From positions 186,001 through 250,000 of the forward strand of contig CDRNST010000188.1 in the NCBI GenBank assembly GCA_977016875.1: a DNA stretch of 64,000 nucleotides, read 5' to 3'. The notes under the pieces were generated by a model that was not told the DNA's origin, searched no databases, and worked only from the letters and a program-made list of their open reading frames with translations. The translations under genes and the position numbers were made by a program. The stretch comes from Pavona decussata (lineage: Eukaryota). Shown in pieces: positions 63,001 to 64,000 of the stretch (positions are counted from its first letter, which is position 1; every line of letters starts with the position of its first letter).

Positions 63001-63659
63001 AATTTCTGTACAGCTTATAGAAAACATATTCTTTGTCGCAAGTGACAATTTAACGAAGGACTTGATTTGTAGCGTGACGGCCGTTGTTCGTTTCACAGGC
63101 TCTCCTCGTGTCAAAGTACCCTTCACATTTTGGTCTCTCGACGGGGTACTTTTGCATTGCCGCCAGAAATATTTTAACACAGTAAACTACAAAGGTTGTG
63201 CTTTAACAATATCTTCATTTTAAATTCAAACTGGACGTACCAATTGGGTTTCTTTTGTGTTGAAATTGGATGAAATTTGCTAAATTTTTAAACTGCCGAA
63301 ATGGGGTTTCTTCTAACGGCCGAAGCATTTCCAATTTTCAAGCTTATCCAAATTTAACTAGTGCATTATGAAGAAGAGGGATGTGTTTATATTTTGTAAA
63401 CATTTCATTAATGGAGGACATCGCGTTTCTTTCTACGAGCGAGATGAAAATGGGTAATTTTTAGTAAGTTTCGTGACCGAAAGGACGCTAATTTGCCGTA
63501 TTTCAAACTTTGCCCGATTTCGAAAAAAATAACACGCTGATGAAACTTTTAACGTTATTTTTGAAAATACTCCACTATAGAGATTATATGGGCAAAATAT
63601 GAAGGAATTCGAAATTTCACGACTGACGCCCGATTTTTGATAATTTCAGAAATCGGCTC
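60100..63659. mobile_element. Non-autonomous foldback DNA transposon with ~1.5-1.6-kb inverted arms and TTAA TSD (Kolobok-like termini)
   Basis: TTAA|GAGCCGATTTCTGAAATT...AATTTCAGAAATCGGCTC|TTAA. Arms ~60100-61712 and ~62141-63659 are near-identical reverse complements (mirror ORFs 60579+ and 63180-). Spacer is ~430 bp. Lies in a SEC24 intron. Confidence 0.92.
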
Positions 63660-64000
63660 TTAAGTAAGGTAACGTACTGCACCTTTCAATAACATATGGA
63701 CTCTGAAGTTTAAGATTCAACCAACCGTTGCGCTTTTCACTGCCGTTAATCACTGCAGCGGACCCTTGACAAAACAAAAATGTTTGGCTCAGTTGGTCAA
63801 AAGGTCATGTTTCTGAGCTGTAATTGGTGGATTTTGATCCACTCTGTCAGTTTCTGTATTTTTGCACTGAGCCATTTGTCACTGTAATTGTGATTGACAG
63901 CAGTAAAACATGCAAATAATTTGGGATTGGAGTCAAGAGTCTGTATTTTATTGAAAGGTGCAGTGAGAAAGTAACATGTAACAGTAACTAAATTACTGAT

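Noticed and set aside
60579-63180. Two near-identical 87-aa ORFs
   Set aside because: They are mirror images from the foldback arms, start at non-ATG codons, and show no recognisable domain.

Overview
AT-rich, intron-rich animal genomic DNA. The repeat content looks like a cnidarian or other marine invertebrate, which is my inference. There are four assembly gaps. Four spliced protein-coding genes were reconstructed by hand from GT-AG boundaries and reading-frame phase: (1) a single-catalytic-domain class IIb histone deacetylase (HDAC6/10-like, minus strand, ~1467-19465); (2) aminoacylase-1 (ACY1, plus, 23658-41217), head-to-head with the HDAC; (3) a PRA1-family gene (plus, 46246-48088); (4) the 3' part of SEC24C/D (minus, 51150-59909, 5' end beyond the window). 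The introns carry many MITEs, a tRNA-derived SINE, a LINE fragment, a 3.56-kb TTAA-flanked foldback element, and two decayed copies of a rolling-circle (HUH-Rep + Pif1-helicase, Helitron-like) element. The most notable observations are: (a) a pair of same-phase, apparently mutually exclusive exons that swap the substrate-recognition L2 loop of the HDAC; (b) a Helitron-like element with a compact RepHel, a second uncharacterised ORF, an in-frame Cys-rich extension past the helicase stop in both copies, and downstream tandem arrays; (c) the divergent pairing of two N-deacylases.
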